A DNA stretch of 64,000 nucleotides, from assembly GCA_964016885.1 (NCBI GenBank), contig OZ024742.1:309132001-309196000 (forward strand), given 5' to 3'. The notes under the pieces are model-generated. The model had not been told where the DNA came from and made no database searches. It was given only the letters and a program-made list of their open reading frames with translations. Position numbers and translations under genes: made by a program. This document shows, one piece after another, positions 53,091-64,000 of the stretch. Position 1 is the first letter of the stretch, and each line of letters opens with the position of its first letter. This DNA comes from Eledone cirrhosa (lineage: Eukaryota).

Positions 53091-54144
53091 CTCTAGACTA
53101 CAATGTGATCTATTCTAAAATCTACAGTCCCAAATAACCACGCCTAAAAACAGAGATTATAAACAAAGGAGATTTTCTTTAGGAAGTAAATAATTTACTC
53201 CAATGCATTTCAAATAATTATACAACTTAACATTGGGGTGTTGAACTCTTAACATCCTGTAATGATTTAGCTAAAAATATTTATAAATGGGTTTGGTAAT
53301 TCAAATGATTATAGTATCTTTAACACTGCAAATGTTCACAATGATTTGTCCAGAGTAAAGATTATTATTCTTAATGTGATGCAATATCTTACTAATGTGG
53401 TACAGGGAATTAAGAGTTAAATAAAATATACCCCAAATAGTCTTTTCGTAACAATTCACCGTTTTAAATTGCATTATTTATCTGTGAAAAATGAGAGCAC
53501 TTAGGTATTTAAGTACATCGGTAACACAGCCTATTCATCAGCTTAGATATCACTTCTTTGTGTATTTAGTAAGTTTAGTATTTGTCCTGGTAAGTAGAAA
53601 ACTTACCAGAACAAAACTCTGCAACACTCTGATGGCAGGGTAAACAAATAATGAATTAAGGTCTATTTCCAAAATGCCTTATGTTTAAAAATACAGAATC
53701 TACATAACAAAAGATTTCAACTAAATGTAAATATAATATTCTTATGGTCATCTATAAATTATTAAAGATATGATAAAAGTTACAGGATATTTAACTAATC
53801 GTGTTTGTCAACTCCAAATCTTTGTTCCTTTATACTTTTATGGGGAAATAAAAAACCGTTGATCCTGATTTATTAGTTGCTATACTGAAAGAAGAGATAA
53901 AAAATACAGAATGCTCAACAGGTTTTCAATAATTAATCAGACAAGAGAACAGGTGTGAGGGACACTTATTACCTTTATAGGCACTCCCAGATTGGTGCGA
54001 TCAATGTTTGAACTTCTACAGGTCAATGATCATAATCATCATCATCTAATGTTCATTTTCTCTATTATGGGCTGGGGGACCTGCATTTCACTTATATATG
54101 ATCCTGCACTTTACTGAGACCGTTTTATCATGAGATGAGCACTG

Positions 54145-54442
54145 ATGGTGCGTGGTTTTGTGGTAAGAGTATTCGGTTCATGATCATAAATAAGGTCATG
54201 GGTTCGAAGCCTGGTGGCGCGCTGTCTTTGAACAAGACTTTATTTCACATTGCTCCAGTCCACTCAGCTAGCAAAAGTGAGTTGTACCAGTAATTCGAAG
54301 GACCAGCCTTGTCACATTCTGTACCATGCTGAATCTCCCTGATAACTACATTATGGGTGAGTGTGTTTGAGGAAAGATCAGCCACTTGCATATCGTATCA
54401 ATTGAAACACTTATCGTTGTAAGTGATGGAGTTCCATCACAG
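54145..54442 (+). mobile_element. tRNA-derived SINE (third family; body gaccagccttgtcacattctgt..gctgaatctccctga)
   Basis: A-box/B-box-like head. Reverse fragments at about 14140-14330, 20170-20340 and 30220-30400. Confidence 0.7.
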
Positions 54443-55502
54443 CACTTGAGAGGTGTTATATCTTTGACACAGCTAAAGGGTCCTCCTGATACTTTGTTTG
54501 GCATATTTTCTATGGCTGGATTCTCTTCCTATCACCAACCACTTCACACTGTTGGAGGAAAAGCATGGATTAGACTGGAATTCCCAATGGTTGTAATTCT
54601 GGTATTATCTCCAGAACTACAATTACCGAGTAAGATGTTTTGTGTAAAATCTAGGAAGAACATCATAGTTGTTATTTAACCCCACGTTACTTATGATTGA
54701 GCAAACCTATGATCAAAGTCATTCCAATCATGACCACCGTGTTTGTGTGATTTCTTTTTCAGGCATAGAATATGTAGGACTACATTTCCAATGTATCCTT
54801 TCATCCTTTATTCTATTTTATTTATTCATTTATTTATGGAGACAGTAGGATGTGATTTAACTGAGATTTGGTTGTTATTTCTAACAGGTCAAGCAGGAAA
54901 GGATCCTTTATTGGTAGTGACACAATGGAAGTGGTGAGAGAAGGAGGAATAGAAAATTCATGGATTGGTGCCAAAGTGCAATGCAGTTTACAAGAAACAT
55001 GTAATTAGTAACATTATTACTCAGCAAGTTATAGATACACGATTCAAGTCCCATCACTGGGTTTGTTCTTTTTCTCCCCTGAACTAGCAATTTACATACC
55101 ACATATTAGACTATAAAACAGCTTGTAGATCATGAGTTACCTTCAAGTTAGCATGATTAGCAATAAGAAAAAAAGCATCAAGCTGTAAAAATATTTTCTC
55201 AAACAAGCTAACCAAATGGAATATTGCTCCCACGTCTAAGACAATGCTACAACTAAACATATAGACATCCAAGATTACATCAAAAGAAAAAAGAAAGCCA
55301 TTTGTCTAATCACCATGAAATCACCAACCACTACACTCCAGTTTCTGGTCTAAAGATATGCCATCTCTTCATTCTGCTTTTTCTACTGCTATTACAGTAG
55401 CTTCTGCTATTTGGAGCTAACTCTTCTCATGGTCAACAAGACTGAGAAAGCTGTTCTCATAGCACCAGGACTAACGTATGCGTGTGCATGTGCGCACGCG
55501 CG

Positions 55503-58500
55503 TCATCAACAACATTTAATGTCTATCTTCCACGCTAGCATGGGTTTAGACGGGAATTGTCCCACTTGAGGCAAGGTTGGTCGTCTCGCTCGTATAGGAC
55601 TGTCTGGCAGGTTTTCTACGGCTGGATGCCCTTCCTAACACCAACCACGTTTACAGTGTGGACTGGGAGGTTTTTACAGTGTTACCTACACGGCCACATT
55701 ACAGCGTGGCCTGTGTTTTTTTTGTCGTGACACCTACATGACCTCTTATTTAGGACTGGATGTTGTGGTACCAACATAACATTACAGAGAAAGGGGTGGT
55801 GTTGATGGGGGTGGGGGTGAGGGAGTTGGGGTAGTGGGATGGGGTGTATATTTGATTAAGAGGTACCTACTGACTGTAGGTTTTGCTTTGTACTTAGGCA
55901 AGGCAGGTCTTCTGTATTACTGCGTAGCGCCAAAGATCTCGGTCCAGTGACAATGTCTTAGAGATGTAAGAGTGTAAGGTCAGAATTTATCAAATCATCC
56001 CAGGTTTTTCTGGGTCTGCCTACTCCGTAACTTCCATCAATTTTGATCGCCCTACCCATTTTTATACAGTTGTCTTTCATGCGCATCACGTGGTCATGCC
56101 AATGTAATCTTCTCGAGTAAACAGTATCTGATCCCTCTCATACCTAATTTCTCACTTAGTTCATTTATGCTTTGCTATTACACATCCAACGGAGCATGCA
56201 TGCTTCGTTCCTCCCCAGTCTGCGCAGATCCTCTGCACACAATGCCCATGTCTCACTGCCATGTAACATTGCTGTTCGTATGCAGGCATCATAAAGTCTG
56301 CCTTTCATTTTTAGAGAGAAACCTTTAGTGGCCAATAATGGTATAAGCTCTCTGAACTTTTTCCATCCCGTTCTGACTGGCTTCTGTACTTTCAGAGCAC
56401 CCTCCACCACTGCTGATTTTGTCACCCAGGTAACGGAAGGTGTCCACTATTTCTATAGAGCCATCTGGGCAATAGAAGGAGCTAGTGTCCTGTGGGCACT
56501 TGCTACTTATTGCACCTGAGCACTGGTCACATATAAAATCTACGTTCTTAGATAGCTTACCTGTGATCCTACTACATCTTTTATGCACCCATACTTTGCA
56601 TTTGGGAGATAAAATGGAATTTCTGCCTACTCCTTTCCTACACACTGAGCATGGCCATTTCCCAGAGGGGACCTGTGCCCTATTTTCCTTCCTACATACT
56701 AGAAGTTTAGTCTTAGACAAGTTAACTTTAAGGCCTTTTAATTCTAGGAATGCTTCCATGTTTGGAATTTCTTCTCTAGTTCAGCCATCGATTCAGCTAT
56801 GAGCGTTAGATTGTCTGCATAGAGAAGTTCCCATGGGCAGCCAGTCTTGAACTCCTCTGTTATGGCCTGAAGGGCAATAATAAATAGGAGGGGGCTAAGG
56901 ACAGAGCCCTGATGGACACCAACTTTTACGCTAAATTCTTCACTATATACGTTGTTAATTCTAACCTTGCTGACCGTTTCTTTATATATGGCTTGTATGG
57001 CTCGCACAAGCCATTCATCAACCATTAGTTTTCTAAAGGGCCTACCAGATAATGGCGCAGGGGACTGTCAAAGGGTTTCTCCAAGTCAACAAAAGCTAAG
57101 TACAGGGGTTTACTTTTAGCTAGGTACTTCTCCTGTAGTTGTCGTACAAGGAAAAAGGTGTCTGTAGTACTTTTACCTGACACAAACCCAAACTGCATAT
57201 CATCTAGATCAATTCGCTCTGATTAGTTGCGCTATTACTCTTTCTCTGACCTTCATGATCTGGTCAATTAATTTAATGCCTCTATAGTTTCCCCTATCTA
57301 GGGCATCTCCTTTACCCTTGTAGCAGTTAATGATGATGCTGCTACGCAAGTCATTTGGTATGACCCCATTCTGTATGACTTGATTTACTATCCGGGTGAC
57401 CATAACGTGTCCCACCGTTGCAGATGCTTTCAGCATTTCAGCAACTATCTCCGAAGGCCCGGCTGCCTTGCCTGTCTTCATATCTTTGATTGCCTTACTT
57501 ATACTACCTTCAACTTGCACTGCTGGTCCCTCTATTGGATCGATGTGGGGCAGACTATCTTTTTCCCATTTATTCTTCTCATTTAGTAGCCTCTTGTAGC
57601 TTCCTTCTTATCAGCATCAGTGATGGCAAGTACACCATCATTATTACAGACACACTTCTCGCCGACAATATCACGGTTTTCCTTGACACATTGCCTAGCA
57701 ATCCTGAACACCTTACATTTTTGGTCCTGGCGTTGTAGAACATGCTTGAACTTTCTTTCCTCTGCTTCTCTTCTTGCAAAGTACACTTGTCTCCTAGCTT
57801 CCCTCCTGGCCACTTGATAGTGTTCTCCACTTCCCCCCATCCCGCCCAACTTTCCAAGCCTGCTTTTTGGCCTTGATTGACTCCTCCATCTTACTATTCC
57901 ACCACCACGTTACTCTCCTCCTGCCTATAGGTCTGCTCTAGCCACAGATTTCATCTGTCACATTCAGCAGGTTAACTCTCAGGAATTCCCACTGTTCCTC
58001 TATATTGTACGTCTTTAATTGCTCTTCCTTACTGTCAAAAGCATCAGGTAATATGCTTTTAAATTTGTTACTGGCTGTAGGGTCCTTTAACTTCCATATT
58101 CTTCTCCTTAGGGTAGTCCTCCTCTGTTGTCGAGTACGTCTCGTCCTGACTATGAGGTCACTAACTATGAGGCTATGTTGGGAGGTGCATTCTTCACGGG
58201 AGGGAGGGATTTAGTGTTTACAACAGACACTGTGTCACATCTTCTGGTAAGGATATAATCTATTTGACTGGTGTGTTCCCTTGATCTATAGGTGATCAAG
58301 TGATTGTCTCGTTTTTTGAAGTTTGTGTTACAGATAGTTAAGTTATTAGCGTCACAGAATTCCAGGATTCTGAAGCCTTCCTCATTTCTAGTACCAAACC
58401 CATAGCCTCCATGGATTCCGTCATAGCCGTTACAGTGTTGTCCAACATGACCATTTAGGTCGCCAGCAATAATTATGTAGGCACTGTCGGTTATTTGGGA

Positions 58501-59122
58501 GGTAGTGAGCATTAGTGACTCATAGAATCTGACTTTTATAATGCCAGGCAGTCCAGATTGGGGTGCATACACGGATATTATTGTCACAGTAGTTCTATTT
58601 AGGACAAGTCTTATTTTAATAATCCTGTCGTTCACTCTATTTACGTCTATTACCTTATCTACCCATTTTTCTGTTAATATAATTTCTACTCCACCCAGCC
58701 CATTGTCATTTCCCACCCAGAAAAGTTTATAGCATCGTTTTCTACCCACAATGAATCTAGCAGACCCACCCCTCCAACTGGTCTCTTGAACACAGCAAAC
58801 ATCAACTTCCTTACATTCAAGCATCTCTACAAGCTCGTTAGAGCGACCTTTTAAAGTGCCTACATTCATAGTACCAACTCTGAAGTTTTGGATTGTGTTT
58901 GGTGGATGGGAAGGATGGGTTGCAGGCGCAGGGAGGGGTGAAGGAGATGTTAGCCGTCCACGGCCGAAATAAAGAGGAGTCCTTGCAACATGAGGTGAAT
59001 TTATCTTTATCATTGGCATTGTCATTGAGTCTCCAAATTCTTCAGACGCTCCAGAATTCTATAGTCCATCTAGCATATCGAAAAGCAACCAAGTCTAAAC
59101 TTAAGGAGTGATAGCCGAGGCG
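55503..59122 (-). mobile_element. Near full-length RTE-clade LINE (APE endonuclease, RT and PHD-type finger), inactivated by frameshifts
   Basis: APE motifs GTMNVGTL, CCVQETSW, SVYAPQ, AGDLNGHVG and SQIDYIL. RT motifs GNYRGIKL, GVHQGSVLSPLLF and LLYADNL. Same family as 26367-28434, with a (GAT/GTT)n tail. Confidence 0.96.
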
Positions 59123-59152
59123 GTGTGTGTGGTGTGTGTGTATGTGTATATA

Positions 59153-59950
59153 CAGGATGCGGACGATATTTGTTCGCAATTTTCAACTGCTAATTTTATG
59201 CAAATTTTTTTACTTTGGTTGTCACTCTTGTCTTCATAAAAACAGTGACTATATTTCCATTATTTATTTTCAGAATAATTGATTATGAATAATTTTGAAC
59301 CTCCAAATTTGTGGAAGAGACACAGAGTTCTTCTTGGAATCCGCACCGGGAGGACAAATAAGACCAGAAGATCAACTCCCAGAACAACAGGTGGCTCGCT
59401 GTCTCATCCAAAGACGTGCCCAGAGTCATGCAGACAAAGTTTCCAGTGACAACATTGGTCTTAGGTGTCGTCAGCAGTGAAGGTGACGTCATGCCATCTC
59501 ACTTCTCCCCTGAGGGCCTCAAGCTGAACACCAATGGCTACATCTGCGTTCTGAGTGAGGTAGTAAAGCCCTGGATCGACCAGGTAGCTGCAGGTAGGCC
59601 GTACATGTGGCAGCAAGACTCAGCGCCCTGCCATACCAGCCGAAAGACCCAAGCCTGGCTGTCAGAGAACTTCGTCAACCACACTTCACCTGACATCTGG
59701 CCTCCCAGCTCGCCTGACTGCAACTCCCTCGTCTTCTTTGTGTGGGGTGCAGTTGAACGAGACACCAACAGTTCTAGCTGCAATATGAAAGACGATCTGA
59801 AGGCCAGGATCACAAGTGCCTGTAGGGGCCTAAGTCGGAGGACAGTGACGAAGGCCTGTAGCCGGTTCCGAGGCTGCTTTGAGGCTGTCATTAAAGCCAA
59901 TGGCAGGTTTATCGAGTGAGATCGAAAGAACAAGCCATGAAGACAAACTG
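59153..59950 (+). mobile_element. Internally deleted Tc1/mariner transposon of the DD37D (maT) type
   Basis: Left end TA-CAGGATGCGGAC and ATG at 59285. ORF 59416-59919 contains WQQDSAPCH...WPPSSPDCNSLV, with 37 residues between the second Asp and the third position (here Val). Confidence 0.85.
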
Positions 59951-60112
59951 TCAATTCCGTGCTGCTAAAAATAGCAGCCGTTCAAACAGCCAAAGGTTTC
60001 TCCACCATTGGGGAGAATAATAATAAAAGTATGTGTTCCTACATGTAATTAATACACACAGGAACACAAGTATAGTCCAACCGTATGCATATATATATAT
60101 ATATGTGATTTT

Positions 60113-60493
60113 CTTAGCGGTTAGAGCATTGGCCTTGCAATCGAAAGGTTGTGAGTTCAATTCTCAGACCAGGTGATGTGTTGTTTCTTTGAGCAAGACA
60201 CTTTATTTCACATTGCTCCAGTTTATTCAGCTGTAGAAATGAGATGATAGGACTGGGGTCCCTATCATTCCACTGCAAAGTGGTCATGGAGGTGCCACGA
60301 CAAAAAAAGCACCCAGCCCACACTGTAAAGTGTATGTGTAGGCGCCACGGAAAAAAAGCACCCAGCACTCACTGTAAATGAATTTGGTGTTAGGAAGGGC
60401 ATCCAGCTGTAGAAATCAAGCCAGAATCCCCGTCCCACCCTTGCAAGCAGGGAAAAGCGGACGTAAAATGATGATGATGATGATGATGATGAT
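60113..60493 (+). mobile_element. tRNA-derived SINE with RTE tail (same family as 17071-17417)
   Basis: Near-identical to the reverse complement of 17071-17405, with a (GAT)n tail. Confidence 0.88.
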
Positions 60494-61033
60494 AATGTGT
60501 GTGTGTGTATGTATATATATATGTATGTATATGTGTGTGTGTGTATATGTATATGTGTACATAGTGCAAAGTCATCAATGAAAAACAAAGAACAATTACA
60601 ATGTGTGTTATTAGGTTCACACTTGTTTGAAATGGAAAAATAAGTGTCTTCAATGTATTAGATATTAGTCCTTCATCCAGTTTAACATATTTTATTTGTA
60701 ATCATGCATAACAGGTATTGCCAATACTAGTTCAGAGCTTTAGTTTATTACAATCCGCTCAACTCTAGGATCAATTTCCTCATCAGAAGCAATGGAGATT
60801 AGAATCGGAATATGTTTGTCTCTGAATTATAATTGATTAAAGCTCTGAGTTGCTGGTCCTGTACATTCCCAGATTAAATACCTCCTGTCTCTGGTAAATT
60901 AGTGATATGATAGGGCTAGGGTCCCTATCATTAAATCAATGTCATTAAAACCCCAAAGAAACCTCCTACGAAATGCAACTTTATAGGAGTCCAATTAAAC
61001 CATCACAGGTGTGAATGGTAACAACAAAAAAAG

Positions 61034-62529
61034 TAACCCTTTAGCATTTACATGACCGGATGCCCATGGGAACTCCTGTATGCTGATGACCTCGCACTTA
61101 TAGCTGAATCTATGGTAGAACTAGAGAAGAAATTCCAAACTTGGAAGCAGGGACTAGAAAGAAAGGGTCTCAAAGTCAACATGACAAAGACTAAGGTCCT
61201 TGTAAGTAGTCGAGAAAACAGAACCCAGATCCCCTCAGGAAAATGGCCTTGCTCAGTATGTAGGAAAGGTGTAGGTAGGAACTCCATTCTCTGCTCCAAA
61301 TGCAAACAATGGGTACACAAGAGATGTAGCAGGATCTCAGGAAGCTTAATTAAGAATGTAGGCTTCACATGCAGCAGCTGTGCTGGGACAGTAAGCAGCA
61401 AACAGCCACAGGAAACAAGTACCACCAATCTCTGGGAGGGCTCTGTAGAAACAGTAGACAGCTTCTGCTACCTAGGTGACCGAATTAGCAGCGAAGGTGG
61501 GTGTTCAGAAAGTACAATAACTAGGGTAAGAACGGGATGGAAGAAGTTCAGGGAACTACTGCCACTGCTAGCTGCAAAAGGCTTCTCCCACAAATTGAAA
61601 GGCAGACTGTATGATGTGTGTATCCGAACAGCAATGTTACATGGTAGTGAGACCTGGGCGCTGAAGGAGGAAGACTTTCGTAGATTAGAAAGAAACGAAG
61701 CCTGCATGCTCCGATGGATGTGTAATAGTAATATACACGAACGACAAAGCATAAATGAATTGAGAGAGAGACTGAGCATAAGAGGAATCAAATGCTGTGT
61801 GCAGGAGAGGCGGATGCATTGGTATGGACATGTGATGCGTATGAAGGATGACAGCTGCATAAAAAGGTGCAGATCACTAGAAGTCAATGGAAACCGGAGT
61901 GGAGAGACCCAAGAAGACCTGGGATGAGGTGATAAAAGCCGACCTTACCCAATTACACCTCTCAAAGGCGATGACACACGACCGTGACCTCTGGCGTCAC
62001 GCAGTAATACAGAGTACCCGACCTCCCATGGGTACAAGCTGAAGCATATAGACAATATGCCCCCACACCCTCCCACTGCAAGGTGGTCGTGGAGGTGCCA
62101 CGGCAAAAAAGCACCCAGCCCACACTGTAAAGTGGACGTGTAGGCGCCACGGAAAAAGCACCCAGCACTCACTGTAAATGAGGTTGGTGTTAGGAAGGGC
62201 ATCCAGCTGTAGAAATCAAGCCAAATCAGTTCCCGTATGAGCAAGGCATGGTCAGCCGACCAGACACTGCCCACAACAGGACAACCCGTCTAACCCATGT
62301 TAGCATGGAAGAACGAACGTAAAATGATGATGATGATGATTACTCTAAATTTATTATTGTATTTTCATGGTAAACACTTTATCTCACATAATATTGAATC
62401 TATGAGATTTTGATATTTATTTTGAGAACAATACCTTATCAGTATGAGTGGCCAATTCCAGCCGGTTTGAGCAGAAAGAGATGAGAGAATTCTGGCTGGA
62501 TATGGCTGGTTTAAATGTTAAAGGGTTAA
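61034..62529. mobile_element. piggyBac-type MITE family A (reverse orientation) interrupted by an RTE LINE
   Basis: taaccctttagcatttacat at 61034-61053; the body resumes at 62341 (tactct...) and ends at aaagggttaa, 62529. Confidence 0.8.
61054..62340 (+). mobile_element. 5'-truncated young RTE LINE (second subfamily) with the RT end and an intact PHD-type finger
   Basis: Open 291-aa frame TGCPWELLYADDL...CSVC..CSKC..HKRC..CSSC..FCYLG..LHGSETW..WYGHVMRM, followed by a (GAT)n tail. Confidence 0.95.
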
Positions 62530-63164
62530 TCACACGAGTAGTATGGAAACCACTGACACAAAATATCTTAGGTTATTGTACCTTAAACATTTGATAAAAA
62601 TCTTTAAGTATATTATTCATCTATCAAATATGTTGTTGAAACTATAGTTTTTGTGCTTTACAAAGTAGACGTCAATTCACAGAAATATCTTCGGCAGTGA
62701 ATTAGAGCATTAAACATTAGCACTAGCACTTTATGCTCTGAATTCAAATCACGCCAAGATCACCTTCACTTTTCATACTTTGAGGATACCCTCCTCTCTT
62801 CCTCCCAACAGTCTTGGGGGCCCTAAAAAGAGTGAGAGTATTGGCCTTCCTGGCATCATTTGCATTGATAATATATAAATGTTGCTAAAACAAAAATTCA
62901 CTTTTTAAGTAAGGTTATGAATGAAAATGGAGTTCTTTATTTTATATACACCAAAGTAAGTTTACAACTGACAGTGAAGTTCTGAAGTACTTTATAGGCA
63001 CCAATAACTTAAATCTTATTGCTCAGTCTTTCTAGAACTCTACAAAATGTTCCAGACTTGAAAAAATGAGCTACAGTACAAAGACAAACAGGTAAAAAGA
63101 CCAAAATATAAGTTGCTAGCAGAGCAATCTGGGGAGGAAATCGAAAGATGATACTAATACGACA

Positions 63165-63705
63165 CCATAACTATATTACTTATAAATATATTTCATAAGT
63201 ATAAAATATATAACACTACATATCATAAGTATATTACATAATATTATAATATATAAGACTATATCATAACTATATAACATACAGTGTTTTATATCATAGC
63301 TATATTACATATACTGCTATAAAATAACACTATATACCATAAATATATGTTATATAACACTATATCTACTATTTAACATACAGTGCTATATATCATAACT
63401 ATATTATATATAATTGTTTCTACTTTTGGCACAAGGCCAGCAATTACCCAGTGCATTACTGGTACTTTATTTTATCGACCCCGTAAGGATGAAAGGCAAA
63501 GTTAACCTCGGCGGGATTTTAACTCAGAATGGCAAGGGCCGAAACTATGCGTCAAAGCATGGTGTCCGACCCTCTACCGATACTGCCAATTCACCGTTCC
63601 TTATAGCTATATTACATATAATGCTATATAATAACTGTATAATATATAACACTATATCATAACTACATTACATACAGAGCTATATATCATAGCTATATAA
63701 TATAT
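63165..63705. repeat. AT-rich degenerate minisatellite (tatatcataactatattacatata) interrupted by a SINE
   Basis: Recurring motif on both sides of 63411-63597. Confidence 0.75.
63411..63597 (-). mobile_element. tRNA-derived SINE (18979 family)
   Basis: Reverse complement of 18979-19161. Confidence 0.88.
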
Positions 63706-63924
63706 AATTGTTTCTACTTTAGGCACAAGGCCAGCAATTTGAAGGGAAGGGGAAAGTCGAGTAAATCGTTCCTAGTTCATTACTGGTGCTTTATTTTATC
63801 GATCCTCTAAGGATAAAAGGCAAAGCTAACCTCAACAGGATTTGAACTCAGAACGTAAAGGGCTATAACTAAATAATGCAAACCATTTTATCCGACGATC
63901 TACCAATTCTGCCAATCCACCACC
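63705..63924 (-). mobile_element. tRNA-derived SINE (related subfamily)
   Basis: Same core and tail, plus an extra gatttactcgactttcccc segment like that at 19490-19685. Confidence 0.8.
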
Positions 63925-64000
63925 ATTATATATAATATATAATACACTAATATAACTTTATTGTATATAGAAAGTGATATGAAATCAGTTATATAGCACC

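Noticed and set aside
55792-55846. G-quadruplex-forming tract as a regulatory element
   Set aside because: It is part of the LINE 3' UTR, on the strand opposite the LINE RNA, with no evidence of function.
59026-59125. HDV-like ribozyme in the RTE 5' UTR
   Set aside because: I could not build the nested double pseudoknot by eye.
60113-60190. tRNA gene
   Set aside because: The A/B boxes belong to a SINE head that continues into core and LINE-derived tail, and no complete acceptor stem is present.

Overview
AT-rich, repeat-saturated eukaryotic DNA. The SINE, RTE and microsatellite content resembles a coleoid cephalopod (Octopus-like); this assignment is an inference. The only clear host gene is on the minus strand: the first conserved coding exon (7433-7537) of a PP2C/PPM phosphatase of the Ptc2/Ptc3/ppm-2 type (MGHTLSEPV...GSSCMQGWRI). 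That exon is followed by a U12-type minor-spliceosome donor (GTATCCTTT), and a probable upstream exon at 30813-30997 carries an in-frame ATG. The rest is intron or intergenic sequence. It contains decayed RTE-clade LINEs (three with a PHD-type finger inside the RT), a Penelope-like element with inverted pseudo-LTRs, hammerhead ribozyme motifs and two large fold-back palindromes. It also holds two further hammerhead-bearing repeats, Tc1/mariner remnants, piggyBac-, hAT- and mariner-type MITEs, tRNA-derived SINEs and many mini- and microsatellites. The most striking observations are the minor intron, a possible N-terminal myristoylation switch, the hammerhead motifs, and a SINE and a LINE inserted at the identical nucleotide of two copies of the same MITE. 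Most long ORFs in the supplied track are repeat artefacts.
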